The translations under genes were made by a program, and so were the position numbers. From Tubulanus polymorphus (lineage: Eukaryota > Animalia > Nemertea), in the NCBI RefSeq assembly GCF_964204645.1, contig NC_134025.1, forward strand, positions 5,464,871 through 5,528,870: a stretch of DNA of 64,000 nucleotides, in the 5' to 3' direction. Under the pieces are notes generated by a model. That model saw nothing but the letters and a program-made list of their open reading frames with translations, made no database searches and was not told where the DNA came from. Shown here piece after piece: positions 51,056 to 61,820 of this stretch. Position 1 is the stretch's first letter; each line of letters opens with the position of its first letter.

Positions 51056-54000
51056 ATTTTTCATTGACGTAGGATTTTTGAAATTTTCAGAATATATTGT
51101 CCCGGTGTACGACTCCATGTGTTACTCTATTAACATGCGTATATAATGCTTTTTTGCTTAGAAGAAAATCGACCCTTGAATTTGTATACTAGTCATTTAA
51201 GAGTTCCACAAGTAAGCCAGCATCATTAGCAAAGTTTATCCATATATAGTCAACCGCTATAGGCGCCACCGGTGAATTATTGAATGAATTGTTATACAGA
51301 TATATTTATTATTATCAAATTATATAGACACATACGTAAGATTATTTATATGTTGTGAATTATGATATGGAGATTTTGTGAGTTCGTTGTTTTTGACAGA
51401 AATTATGAAATGGTCCCGGTATCCAGTATGCCAAACAGTACATCCAACTGATTCATGTGTGCCTCTTTTCATGATATGGGATGTTGTTGAAAAGATAGTG
51501 ATGTGGTGTTATAGCTTGCTATTGTATAAAATATCTTGATTATTATCTAAAATAGAGTGATTTATGTAAGAAGTATATTTGTAAATATTATGTGATTGTA
51601 TGATGAATTGTGAGGTTCTTTAACCATTCAAAAAATCTAATTTTGTTGACCTATACACGCCAACTGTGCTGGAATTTCATACATTGTATCACAATCGATT
51701 TTAGATATTTTGTAGTCTGAACATCCGATCTGTTGAGGGCTTTAGGGCACAATTAGATTTGATTTTTGAGAGGCATTGAACAAATATGGGCATTAAAATC
51801 ATCATTGGGAAAGTGGGTGCTACAATAGGAAGAGTAATTATGATTGCTTCTTCAATAAAATCACGGATTTCGAAATGTACTTTAATCTGTGAGAATTTAA
51901 TCATGTTAATCGTCAAAAATTCTTTTTCTCTTCCCTACACATTCATTTGAGTGTAAACAGCTCAATGTGCTATAGTAACGATATCGTACAACCTGGGACG
52001 GTGCAATAAAAGCCAAACCCTGCCAAAAAGCTACGGTGGTCATAAACACACAAATAGGCTTTGCTGAAAATCGAGTCTTCGCGCAACTCGTCGTCATTGA
52101 TAAACCATTTGTGTTATTTGCATTTGCAAGGTTTTCTACTTTTAGGGAAGCAGCGAAATTTCTTTTTCACAATATAGAATTGCATCATATTCTCCAAAAA
52201 AGAGGCTCCAGCTCAAACATTAGAACACAAATGTTCGGGTTTCCATCATCGTGAATTCATGCTGTTGCAGTCATTCTAAAAATGCTTATGAAGCTATTAT
52301 CTTTGTCTCCGATATTTTCTACATGGTTTGTCAGTTTTTTTTTGTGCCATAATTAGTTCTTTTGCCATAAGCGTTTTATTCATTCATTTCTTATACAATA
52401 TTTTATTGTGCTTTTTAATCGAATGGAATGTATTCTGCATTCATACTAGACATATACCCGAAGAAAAAATGATATGATATGGTTTTAATTTAGATCGTAG
52501 TTGGTAAAATGTCGAATTTTAAGACTTCCTTCTAGTCAGACGTCTTCATTTTGAACGATCAGCTCGAGGTTGTTCCCGTGTTAGGGATTTAAATGGCCAG
52601 TGTTGCACGTCGACACATGCAGTCGATTATCAAAAAATTGGCTTATCAAGCCCATTGTCCACGACAGCGTTTAATCGATCCTTTTTTGCCCTGGGTGAAT
52701 TGCAAAAACCATATTGTCGTTGAGACGAAAAATACATTTTATATTGTCAATAATAATGTGACGTTCGATAGATTGGTCACTTTCATGATAGACCCGGGGT
52801 CAAGTCATCCCCAGAGATATCTGATTCTTATTGTAACCCTCTACAGTGGAACTGATACCAAACGTGTATCTGAGATACCCAGCATCAGTCACGTTGTGCC
52901 AGTAATCCTTAATCAATGGGAATGTTCTTTTTAGATCTTCGGCGCACGAATGGTTATTGTAAGAGGTATTGGAACAATATTTGTCGACATGATTATATAT
53001 GAAGGCCTATGATATTGATATATTATTGAAATAAAGATATCATTATGAATGAATTATAAATTTGCGAATTCGTTCTTTTATATTTTTACGTACATATATT
53101 CAGGTGGAGTAGATATCACTGCTTCCAAAGCGAAATGTTGAAATGGATGGAGATATCCATTCACTTACACATCTTTGTGATTAGCTGGATTTTAGAGAAA
53201 ATCATCTTGACAAAATACTCCAAGGCTGGAAGGACCAACATGGACCATAGATGCGGGCTTACTTCGTCGAGTAAAAAAGTGATATTCAGAATTTTGCCTA
53301 TTTCGCTGTGGAAGAAACATTGGTCATTTGGTAATTGGTTTTCTAATGATTTATATATTAAGAGTGGCTTCATTTGTCAGTTTTAGTTTTCGTTGTTTAT
53401 CCCGATATACAAACACTACTGTGCTGTAATTATAACCCACCAAATCTCTTCAAAGGATATGCGGAACACATCAATGATATGATATACATCAATGATACAC
53501 ATTTATTTCTATTTCCGAATTGATTCGCAATTTGATGCTATTACATAGGTGACAAAAAGCTTTTCAATATTTTCCTCTCGTTAGTCAATAAATCTATTCC
53601 AGCTGACAATTTCTCCCAAAAGCTGGTATCAATTTTCTGATTTAACACCATCAGAATATATCGAAAAAGTTTGGACGAATTAAATGAATATTGAAAAAAA
53701 TCTAAACCTTTTACTGAGTCCATATGATAGTTGTTGGTTGTAAACTAACTGTGACGCGGATGGTAATATTTCTATCGAATCTGAATCAGTACAAATGTCT
53801 CCTTAGCTAGGATGTGAATGGAGTGAGTATATTTTCACGGAAGACAATCGAGTAAATTGCAACGTATCGACATTAAGGGACCATTGGCGGTTAAGTAAGA
53901 GATCCCGCTGTCATCGGCGCGGTTATTAAACTAATTACGGCGAAGAGACCCGACCATGTGGTGCCGGGGCGAGCAAAGTGCGATGGAGGAAAAGTAGAAT

Positions 54001-54195
54001 CAATCACACGCACACCGGTATATCACCACCAAGAGAAATTACAGGTGTTTATCCCATATCAATATCCCTCAGATTGAAACATAAATACTAAAACTTCCAA
54101 TAGATTCGACAAATGTGATTTCAGACGAATAAACGGCACTAGAACATGGATAGTTGTTTTTCGAGGGGACCAGTATCGTGGTCGCCTGACACATA

Positions 54196-54208
54196 AGTTA
54201 TTTATTTT
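54196..54208 (-). terminator. Polyadenylation signal of the CNPase-like gene.
   Basis: The plus strand reads ttatttatt (54198-54206), which is AATAAATAA on the minus strand, about 15 nt 3' of the stop codon. Confidence 0.4.
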
Positions 54209-54220
54209 GAAGTAAAAGCA

Positions 54221-54807
54221 TTAGAGATAAAAGTTGAATTTTGTAGCGAGGAACATTGGCATTTTTGTGTAGACGAAAAATCTCCCCTGGCCGTAGTATC
54301 TCACCTGCATTTTATCATTTAAATCGAAATGTGCCGTATTCGACAAACATTTTTGTTCACATTGTATTATGTCAACAAGATCCAAGCCGGTCGTAACCGC
54401 AGAGACATCTTTAGCACAACCCAATGTTATATGCCCTTTGCTTCCAAAACCGGAGGTCGGATGGAAATTGGGTGGATACGAAGTCGAGCCCATTCCGAGG
54501 TTTATGTCGTTACAACAGCCTTGGTAGCAAGGTGCAGAGCGGTCTTTACAATTACCGTCAGTATCATTCTGCGCCCAGAGAGGTAACTGTCGCTCGGTTA
54601 AACGAACTCGTGCGCCGAGCGTTCGTGGTGTCAGTAGAAAACCAACGACTTCGATGACATAGAAAGACCCTAAAGCTTCGCGAACTGCGCGTCTTTGCTC
54701 GTAAGTGGAACATTCGGGTACCGTTCCGCGTCCACAGAACATGGCCGTGACATGAAGAGGCATACTGTACTTTGTCATGTCGGAGTAGTAAGTGGACAGA
54801 TCAAAAC
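54221..54807 (-). CDS. CNPase-like 2',3'-cyclic-nucleotide 3'-phosphodiesterase (2H phosphoesterase superfamily), terminal coding exon.
   Basis: Two H-x-T motifs are present ('MPLHVTAMFCG' and 'KGHITLGCAKDVSAVTTGLDLVDII'). 'LLTPRTLGARVRLTERQLPLW' closely parallels human CNP '[22 protein letters not shown]' and '[22 protein letters not shown]' as I recall them. Acceptor is catttcatatacttttag at 54808-54809. A stop follows, with AATAAATAA about 15 nt downstream on the minus strand. Confidence 0.85.
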
Positions 54808-54898
54808 CTAAAAGTATATGAAATGGAAATATAGATGGATTGGAAAAGAGCAGATGTAGAATTTACTTTCTACCGTTAGAAGAAATCTTCATTTATAC

Positions 54899-55042
54899 CT
54901 GGAGTAACGTTGAAATTTGAAAGCATTTCTGACCGAACGTTTCGTAGCTGAATTAGCTCTTGGAATATCGTTCTGCCTTGATTTTCTAACCAGTGTGCGC
55001 TATTATCACCCAAAAACCATCCATAAAACAAAGGCTGCTTTG
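54899..55042 (-). CDS. CNPase-like gene, preceding exon.
   Basis: Minus-strand translation 'KQPLFYGWFLGDNSAHWLENQGRTIFQELIQLRNVRSEMLSNFNVTP' matches CNP '[43 protein letters not shown]'. Acceptor is ccttttttcag (AG at 55044-55043); donor is cca g|GTATAA at 54898. The 91-nt intron and phase-1 junction give '...NVTP-G-FDLSTYYSDMTKYSMPLHVTA', which parallels CNP 'QFVPGDEP...MDLVTYFGK...HCTT'. Confidence 0.8.
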
Positions 55043-55179
55043 CTGAAAAAAGGCAAGGAGTGTGTTTTAAAAAGGTTTCATGAAATTATAAATGACTTTC
55101 AATGAAAACTACTTTTTAATAAATGAATTATCAATTGTGCCTGAAAATCTTCTGTTTGTTGAGATTTACCTTCAATTAC

Positions 55180-55230
55180 CAGTGCCATCCAAAATATCAT
55201 AATATTTCGAGAAAACATCATTTTCATGAA
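55180..55230 (-). CDS. CNPase-like gene, probable 51-nt upstream exon.
   Basis: It is flanked by the acceptor ctattcgcag (AG at 55232-55231) and the donor g|GTAATT (55179-55178). It encodes '(x)HENDVFSKYYDILDGT', and its phase-1 end joins the phase-2 start of the next exon to give '...DGTAKQPLFYGWFL'. Further 5' exons (a kinase-like domain, if present) were not resolved. Confidence 0.5.
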
Positions 55231-57582
55231 CTGCGAATAGAACTAAATAGAGGTTAATCATAAAGAAGAGAAACCGAAGAAAGTCTAAATGGCAATATGT
55301 AAAACGCAATCGTAAACATTATATAGTGTTGGAAATATCAGCGTATTATAGCCTAGATTTATTTCAGGGAGACGTCACAATTTCTTTACCTTTAACAAAG
55401 AGTAGGCCTATATATCACTAGTAGTACCGCGAATGTTGACTATACTTTTGTTTTGAAAATGAATTTTGCTTTCGATCATTAATTGAACGGTATAGAGAAC
55501 GATTTGATTTGAACATTATCTAATCATTGCAACAAATCTAGTACTAATGCTTAACTAGATCAAGATAAGACGCTTTGGAAATCATCCAAAATTGCAATAA
55601 CCGTATTTCCGAACTGGGTACATTTTTCATCGTTTTTTGGAATTAAAAAAAATAAATTTATCATCTTTCATTCTAAGCACGATAAGTATATATACTTATA
55701 GAGCTGATAATCTTGGTTTTTTTTAAGATAAATCAACTTATTTTATAAAATCGATTGGTCAAAGGATGTGGACTCAATCTCAATCCTGGTACGAATAAGT
55801 TATTTTATACATAATATCTACAAACGGTTGCTCTTAATGAAAGTGCATTTGTTTACACCAAAGAGCAGCACGGAAATTCTATATTACATGTTCGTGTTGA
55901 ATCTGATCCCGATCATTTTGTAAATTCTAGTCACAAAAAAATATAATCGTTAATTGTTGAATGCTGACACTGTAATATAGTAATCCTGTATCTCATATCA
56001 TAGCATTTGTCACTAAACCACATGAGACCGGGGTGCGTGGCGACGTGTGGCTCTTTTTGGGTTTGATAAGCGCTGCGTGATAAGTATAGACGCCAGACGC
56101 GGTAAGTTGAATAACAATATTGGATTTTTTACAGTTCTTCCCAAAAAGACCATCATACTTTTGAAACTGGAATCGTCGTTCTTTCAATATCATTTCCTAC
56201 GAAACGCGACAAGCCAACAACCCTTGCGCACTGGAGTTTTGGCGATACATAAAGGCAACTGCTGAACTTGGGAAAATCATCACTTATGTTTGGACAAATA
56301 AGCAAGTAAATAAAGATGTGCGTCTGGATAAACGAGAAAGTTAAGCTGTTCTGGGGCCGTTTCAATAGAAGCTCGTGAAATTCGGAATCAACAATTGAAT
56401 ATAAATGTCTTCAGTCAATCGCCAAAAGTTTCGTAAACATAATTATTTACATTAGTAATTTGTATTTCGATGCGTTTGTACATATCGTTGAATAGGGAGG
56501 ATTTTCTCCCACTTTCGCGGCACAAAGTCTCTTTCAATCGGCGAACAATGCATGTGAGAAGACGCAGTCGGGAGCTCGTATTCTTCTAGGAGAAAATTGC
56601 AACAATACGATATAAGAAGTCTGAAATATTAGCTCATTGAGGACGAAAAAATACCTTTTCGTATCATAAGGATGATTTTTACTGTACTCAATTCACCGTA
56701 ATTTCGATACAATTTTCACGAGTAAACAAGTGAAATTTGGATTTTCCATATGCTCTATTGACTGGGTATTTACATATTCATATACCCCAGCTTTTCGATG
56801 TAGCAAAATTAGGCCTTTTATCCCACTGCGTTTAATGAACGTTTGAAGTAGAAATTCTATGACGACCCAGCGATCGTCCCAGAATGGCACGCAACGTTTG
56901 CTGAAACTACATCCGGTGGTTTCGGTTGTCAGCGGTACATCAAAGCACCATATTTCCCCCATACATTCACACCATAATAACAGTTCATTCTATGAAAAAC
57001 TTACAAATTATCATCATTGTATTGTAATATTATCAATATCGTGACGCGGTGGCGCAGAAGAATATAATGACTTTAATAATTAATATGGTATTAGCTGGTT
57101 TGCATGCGTACTGAAAAAGGCAAAGCAGGCATGTAAGTAAGGCCGCGAATGAACTTTCTATTGTGAGTTATTCTGATTAATAGATAATTAGGTTGAATTA
57201 CAGGTTTCAATGTTACTGTCACATCATGCACTGATGAAATGAATCAAGTAGTTAATCTTTATCGGTTTCGAATTTTTCGGCCATGTGTTTCGTATCTGTT
57301 TACGCATACTCTGCCCACGATATTTTCACGAATGATATATCTGAATGAGTTATATTTCATTGTGCGTATGCTATCTATATACGAACGCACAATGGTTATT
57401 TTCGAAAATCCATTTTGAATTCACCTTTCCAGGAACGACTCCCCGCGAGTGAAAAGCGCCGACCTTTTGGATTTGAGGGATCGCGTTGAATTGTATTCGA
57501 AAAAAGTCATCTTTTTATTATGACCGAATAAAAAGGACAACTCGATCAAAACAAAAGAGAAAAGTCCAAAAACATCTTAATC

Positions 57583-57791
57583 ATGATCGAACCGAAGTGG
57601 AGTTTTTGGGATATATTTTGCGCGGTGGTAGCGCGATTGATTTTTGCTCTCCACTGCATCATAGCAGCATGGAAGGTGGTCATGGATTATCAAAACCACG
57701 TTTACTGGTTGGTATTGCTAGGTCTGATCGGTTTGGTGGCCGATGGCATCTATGTGATCATAATAAAAAAGGGAAACGTCCATTTCAAATG
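57583..57791 (+). CDS. TMEM26-like multi-pass transmembrane protein, exon 1 (ATG start).
   Basis: ATG at 57583. 'MIEPKWSFWDIFCAVVARLIFALHCIIAAWKVVMDYQNHVYWLVLLGLIGLVADGIYVIIIKKGNVHFKW' is hydrophobic and resembles the TMEM26 N-terminus (..RLLFLLHSLVGVWRV..YWLLALLNLL..KFKRGRGYKW) as I recall it. Donor is caaatg|GTAAGT in phase 2. A TATA-like 'ctatatac' lies about 200 nt upstream. Confidence 0.75.
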
Positions 57792-59196
57792 GTAAGTATC
57801 ATTGATTCATTCACCCTAAAAACTCATAACTAAATGAATGAACATCAAGTTGATTTAATTTGATGACTTAGACTCCAATCATGTCGAATTTAACCAATTC
57901 GGATGACCGTTCAAATCGAATATCTTTTAGAATATTTTCTGATTCAAAATGGGATAATTAAACAAACGCCTTAGTCGGACAGACTTGCATGGTCCATAAA
58001 AATCCAACTTTAGTTTACTCTAAGGTACCCAGCAGCAATCTGATTTCAAGTCTACTTTAATATGTTTCTGATATCATCAGATATGACTGCTGTACGATTC
58101 TATGACATCAAAACCGCAGCTGAAACTTACAATCAAACAGCAACGCAACGCGTGTATATATATATCATATACAATGAACATTATCATATTGTTATTTGAT
58201 GCGTTTCCTTTTTTAAAAGAAACCTGGTTACTTTGTGACATACTACCTACTAACGCTAGCGGTTGCACCTCGGGCGGTGCTGTAAAAATAACCAGCTCAT
58301 ATACGAAACAATTTACCTCAATTTCAATTGCCATTGGCTTTTCGCTAGATTGATCAATTCTCATCACAGTTAAGCTACATGTATGTATATTTTTGGGAAA
58401 AAAGCTTTCGACTGGCGGGGAACTAGAAACCATCGCACAAAAGTCAATTCCTGTAATCTATTCCCAAGCAAGACTCGAGTTTACGACAGGGAACTTACTT
58501 ATTTCGGTTTTCGTAAAAGTGTCACCGATAGGTATAAACAACTGGAAAAGCGCGTGATCAATAAATGAAACCACGGCAGCGAATTAAAAACAAATCTTGA
58601 AATATAAATCAACGTCCTGCTGCGTCTCTGACTCTAGAAAGACTATCGTCATTCACCATGTGTCTAATTTGCATAATGGAGAAGCGGTCAAATCATTGAA
58701 ACTTGGATGAACAGGATCAATCAGTATTTGATGTCACTGGCCATAGCTGATTACAGTCAATAATGAATATGTTTCTTGGTGAAAACTGATGCGCAAATCA
58801 CATAAACACCTGTCTCTATTACGCATCGTATTATTTTTGGTCATGCATGAACGATGATTTCAGAACGCTGCAAATGACTAGGATCGGACCACTAGTTTAT
58901 CCTCACTTAGTAATATTTATACTTTCTTTTAATTTTTTTTTTTTATATTCAGCCAGGGCATTAGGCGCATTTTTCATGAAAAGTTGGGACCTCGGGGTCC
59001 CTTTATGGTCTTTTTCATCAGTACGTTTTATGATGTAGAAAATGTAACTTTTCAATTCATCTAATAGTGATGCAACTTTTGTGACTTAAAAATATAATAA
59101 TAAAGATAATATACAATAATAATTCAGTCGCTTCAGTCGCCGAAATATCGCTGTTTTGATTAAGTTTTGTATTCAAATGATTCTTATTAAATTAAG

Positions 59197-59386
59197 GTTG
59201 CGTCCATGTATTATCTTCTACCTGAGTTCAATTATACCATCGATTTGGCTGCTGGAGCTGAAGATGTACGATATCAGAGTAGCGATCAAAAACGATTTCG
59301 ATGCAGGTCGCAACGATGTACTGCAGCTTGAAAAAACGACTATCGTTAACCGACTCGTCCATTACAATATGACCTTTTTCACCGGA
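59197..59386 (+). CDS. TMEM26-like gene, exon 2.
   Basis: Acceptor is ttcttattaaattaag. The junction tg+g gives 'KW-LRPCIIFYLSSIIPSIWLLELK', which matches TMEM26 '[25 protein letters not shown]'. Donor is gga|GTGAGT at 59387, phase 0. This exon is the real origin of the stand-alone ORF 59156-59443 in the track. Confidence 0.75.
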
Positions 59387-59680
59387 GTGAGTGGTTTTAC
59401 ATTTTCTTCATATGGCTTTAAATGGTTGATTCAAAATAACTAAAACCCGGATGTGCGAATGAATGAGTTGAATTGAATTCAATCTATTTTCAGCAATATT
59501 GAGCTATCGTATCATTATTCCAATAACTAATTATAGTGGGTTAATTGTTTTCATAAGATAATAGTAATGCTTATAGTAATAGTAAACAGTATTGATAATC
59601 GTAGCACATGACATTGTTTAATATGTAATAATCGTTTATATAAATATAATCTGAAACTGAATCTGATTTTTTTATTTCAG

Positions 59681-59852
59681 ACAACCTTGCCTTTTGAGAG
59701 TGCTCCTCGATTGTGGGTGAATTCTTTGGAGCAATGCTTGATGTTCATATTGATTCTAGCTCGATGGTTACTACCCAAAGGAGATGTTGTAAAAGACTAC
59801 ATCCCGCTTTTGTTGATGGTGTTCCTTGGAATGGCCGCTGACATAATACAAT
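59681..59852 (+). CDS. TMEM26-like gene, exon 3.
   Basis: Acceptor is tttttatttcag. It encodes 'TTLPFESAPRLWVNSLEQCLMFILILARWLLPKGDVVKDYIPLLLMVFLGMAADIIQ', which matches TMEM26 'IIGRWLLPIGGG...LLLMFVGTAADIL'. Donor is caa t|GTACGT in phase 1. The track 'M' at 59687 is TTG. Confidence 0.75.
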
Positions 59853-60150
59853 GTACGTGTTTAGTATATGTACATGTTGTCCCCGCAAGCTAGGACATTT
59901 CAAAACTATTGTTTGAAATAATCCTTCTGTTCCGAATCCAATTTCTCGACGATTTTATTGAATGATTCGATAATTGATCGGGATGCGGGCTATAATGAGA
60001 TAAGATAATAATTCTTAGTTATCACCTAAGGGTACCTACAATGTTTCATTTCATCACCTGCTGTTCAGTTTACTGGGCCATAAATACATACATCTTCGCC
60101 TTTTGTTTACCAGGGAGTTGCCGAAACAATTTTTATATTTTCATTTTCAG

Positions 60151-60311
60151 TCTTCGATGTATTCAAGGAACCGCCACTTCGCTACCATGAAGGCATCGTA
60201 TACCTGATACTAGTCCTAATTACTGTCAGCTTGATACCGTTTATTCTCGTACCAACTGTCGCCTCAAGATCGACCCCTATGGAACCCAAATACGGGCAAA
60301 CGGGCCAAAAG
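60151..60311 (+). CDS. TMEM26-like gene, exon 4.
   Basis: Acceptor is ttttcattttcag. Phase-1 start t+tc gives 'F-FDVFKEPPLRYHEGIVYLILVLITVSLIPFILVPTVASRSTPMEPKYGQTGQK', a transmembrane segment. Donor is aag|GTCAGA. Confidence 0.7.
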
Positions 60312-60594
60312 GTCAGAGCGTTCTCTGAAGTATATAACATATATATACAATATATAATATAACTCAAATACTTCAAGTCGACTAGAGTGAAATAAGATTT
60401 ATCGGAATTAAATTTGATCATTCGAAATACATCATCTTGTTTACATTAATAGACAGATTTTTGCTAAAGGGTTGAAAACATAGATAGACACATCACGATG
60501 CGGTGGTATTCTTTGATGTTGAATCGAAGGAAACAACTGCTGAACTCACGATGATTATTGGCCGAATATAAACGATATCCATTTTTTGTTTCAG

Positions 60595-60690
60595 CCAGCA
60601 GAAGGTGAAACTACTACGAGCAAAGGGTGTGGTCCTAAAGCCTGCCAATCAGCTGAAGTACTGGGGATTCTCGCAACTTTATTTCTGCAG
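60595..60690 (+). CDS. TMEM26-like gene, exon 5, which ends at an apparent GC donor.
   Basis: Acceptor is ttttttgtttcag. It encodes 'PAEGETTTSKGCGPKACQSAEVLGILATLFLQ' over 32 codons in phase 0. The only phase-compatible 5' splice site is cag|GCAAGT at 60691. The next in-frame stop is 7 codons downstream. Confidence 0.6.
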
Positions 60691-61625
60691 GCAAGTTTTC
60701 TATCTATTTAAGTCGGTACCGGTGCCGATGGGTCGCGACAAAATGCTAAAATCGTCATTGACCTGACGCAGAGAATTTGACGACATAATAATTTATTTCA
60801 TTCAGCGAATTGATCGCAGTACAGACCCTGCGGGCGATGAACAGTACCGTTATACAATAACATAGTTTTTAATAATAAGTCAATTCGAACGACATAAAAA
60901 GAAAAATATTTGCGTTCATCGGTGTTTTGCATTGCATTGAAAGCGTATATTATCCTTTGGGCGTTAAGAATTCAAAGTTCAACTTACTATTTAAACTATG
61001 TTTTAAATTTCAAAGTTCTTCGCCAAAATCTATCATCGATCAATTTATCATTAATAAATGGATAAACTCGAAAGTGTAGCGCTTTTGTTCGTCGAATTGA
61101 ATAGAAAACTCTTTATGAAAGTCACATTTTGCTAAATTGTAATTTTCAAGACGCTATATTTCACAATGGTCGGTGTTAGATTTGTAATTTGTTACGCCCA
61201 AAATCAACGGTTTCTTATATCGAACGACCGCTTGACATTTTACTGACATGCTCATCTGTTATTTCAATCATTCGCATACGTGCATACTTTCTCTGCAAGA
61301 AATCAAGTGCAATATGACCATGTGCCAATTCTAGATTGGATATTTTCTTTCATAGATATATAATGCAATCTCATGCAAAATATGAAATAATGTAATCTCA
61401 TGCAATATCGACGGAAAGAAAGAAAATGGTCGATTAATCTGAGGATACATTTGAAATAGAAAAATATTTATAACGGACAAATTCTATCAATTGCAACAAT
61501 GAGAGAAACCAAAAGATCCAAAATCTATTAATTTCGGATGAAGTTATAATGCTTATATTGTGCTCTTTTATCCTCCTATTATAACGCATAAGTAATTTAA
61601 GAAGTACGTATTTCTTCTAATGTAG

Positions 61626-61820
61626 GACATGCCATTCTTGATATTCCGGTGCATTCTTTTGGGCCATTATTCCGTCGTGAGCTACATGACGTTTTTCTTC
61701 TGCGTAAAGAACGGCCTCACTATCGGCATTCTGCTCTACCGCTTGGGAATCGTCTACATCGAAGGCAACAAGAAAAAGGATTATTCCGAAATCGACGACC
61801 CCGGTGACATGGGATATTAG
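61626..61820 (+). CDS. TMEM26-like gene, terminal exon.
   Basis: Acceptor is ttcttctaatgtag. It encodes 'DMPFLIFRCILLGHYSVVSYMTFFFCVKNGLTIGILLYRLGIVYIEGNKKKDYSEIDDPGDMGY*'. With exon 5 this gives 'FLQDMPFLIFRC', which matches TMEM26 'FIQDGPFLVVRL...LQLYRLVVL'. Confidence 0.75.
   Translation, partial: DMPFLIFRCILLGHYSVVSYMTFFFCVKNGLTIGILLYRLGIVYIEGNKKKDYSEIDDPGDMGY

Noticed and set aside
50076-51056. One-base disagreement between the ORF-track coordinates and my count for the last exon of the nuclear receptor gene (ATG at 50075, stop ending at 51055 by direct counting).
   Set aside because: It is not a biological feature. I report the exon as 50154-51055 and flag the possible 1-nt offset.
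59156-59443. Stand-alone 95-aa ORF.
   Set aside because: It is exon 2 of the TMEM26-like gene read through its intron boundaries. The track 'M' is TTG, and the real exon is 59197-59386.
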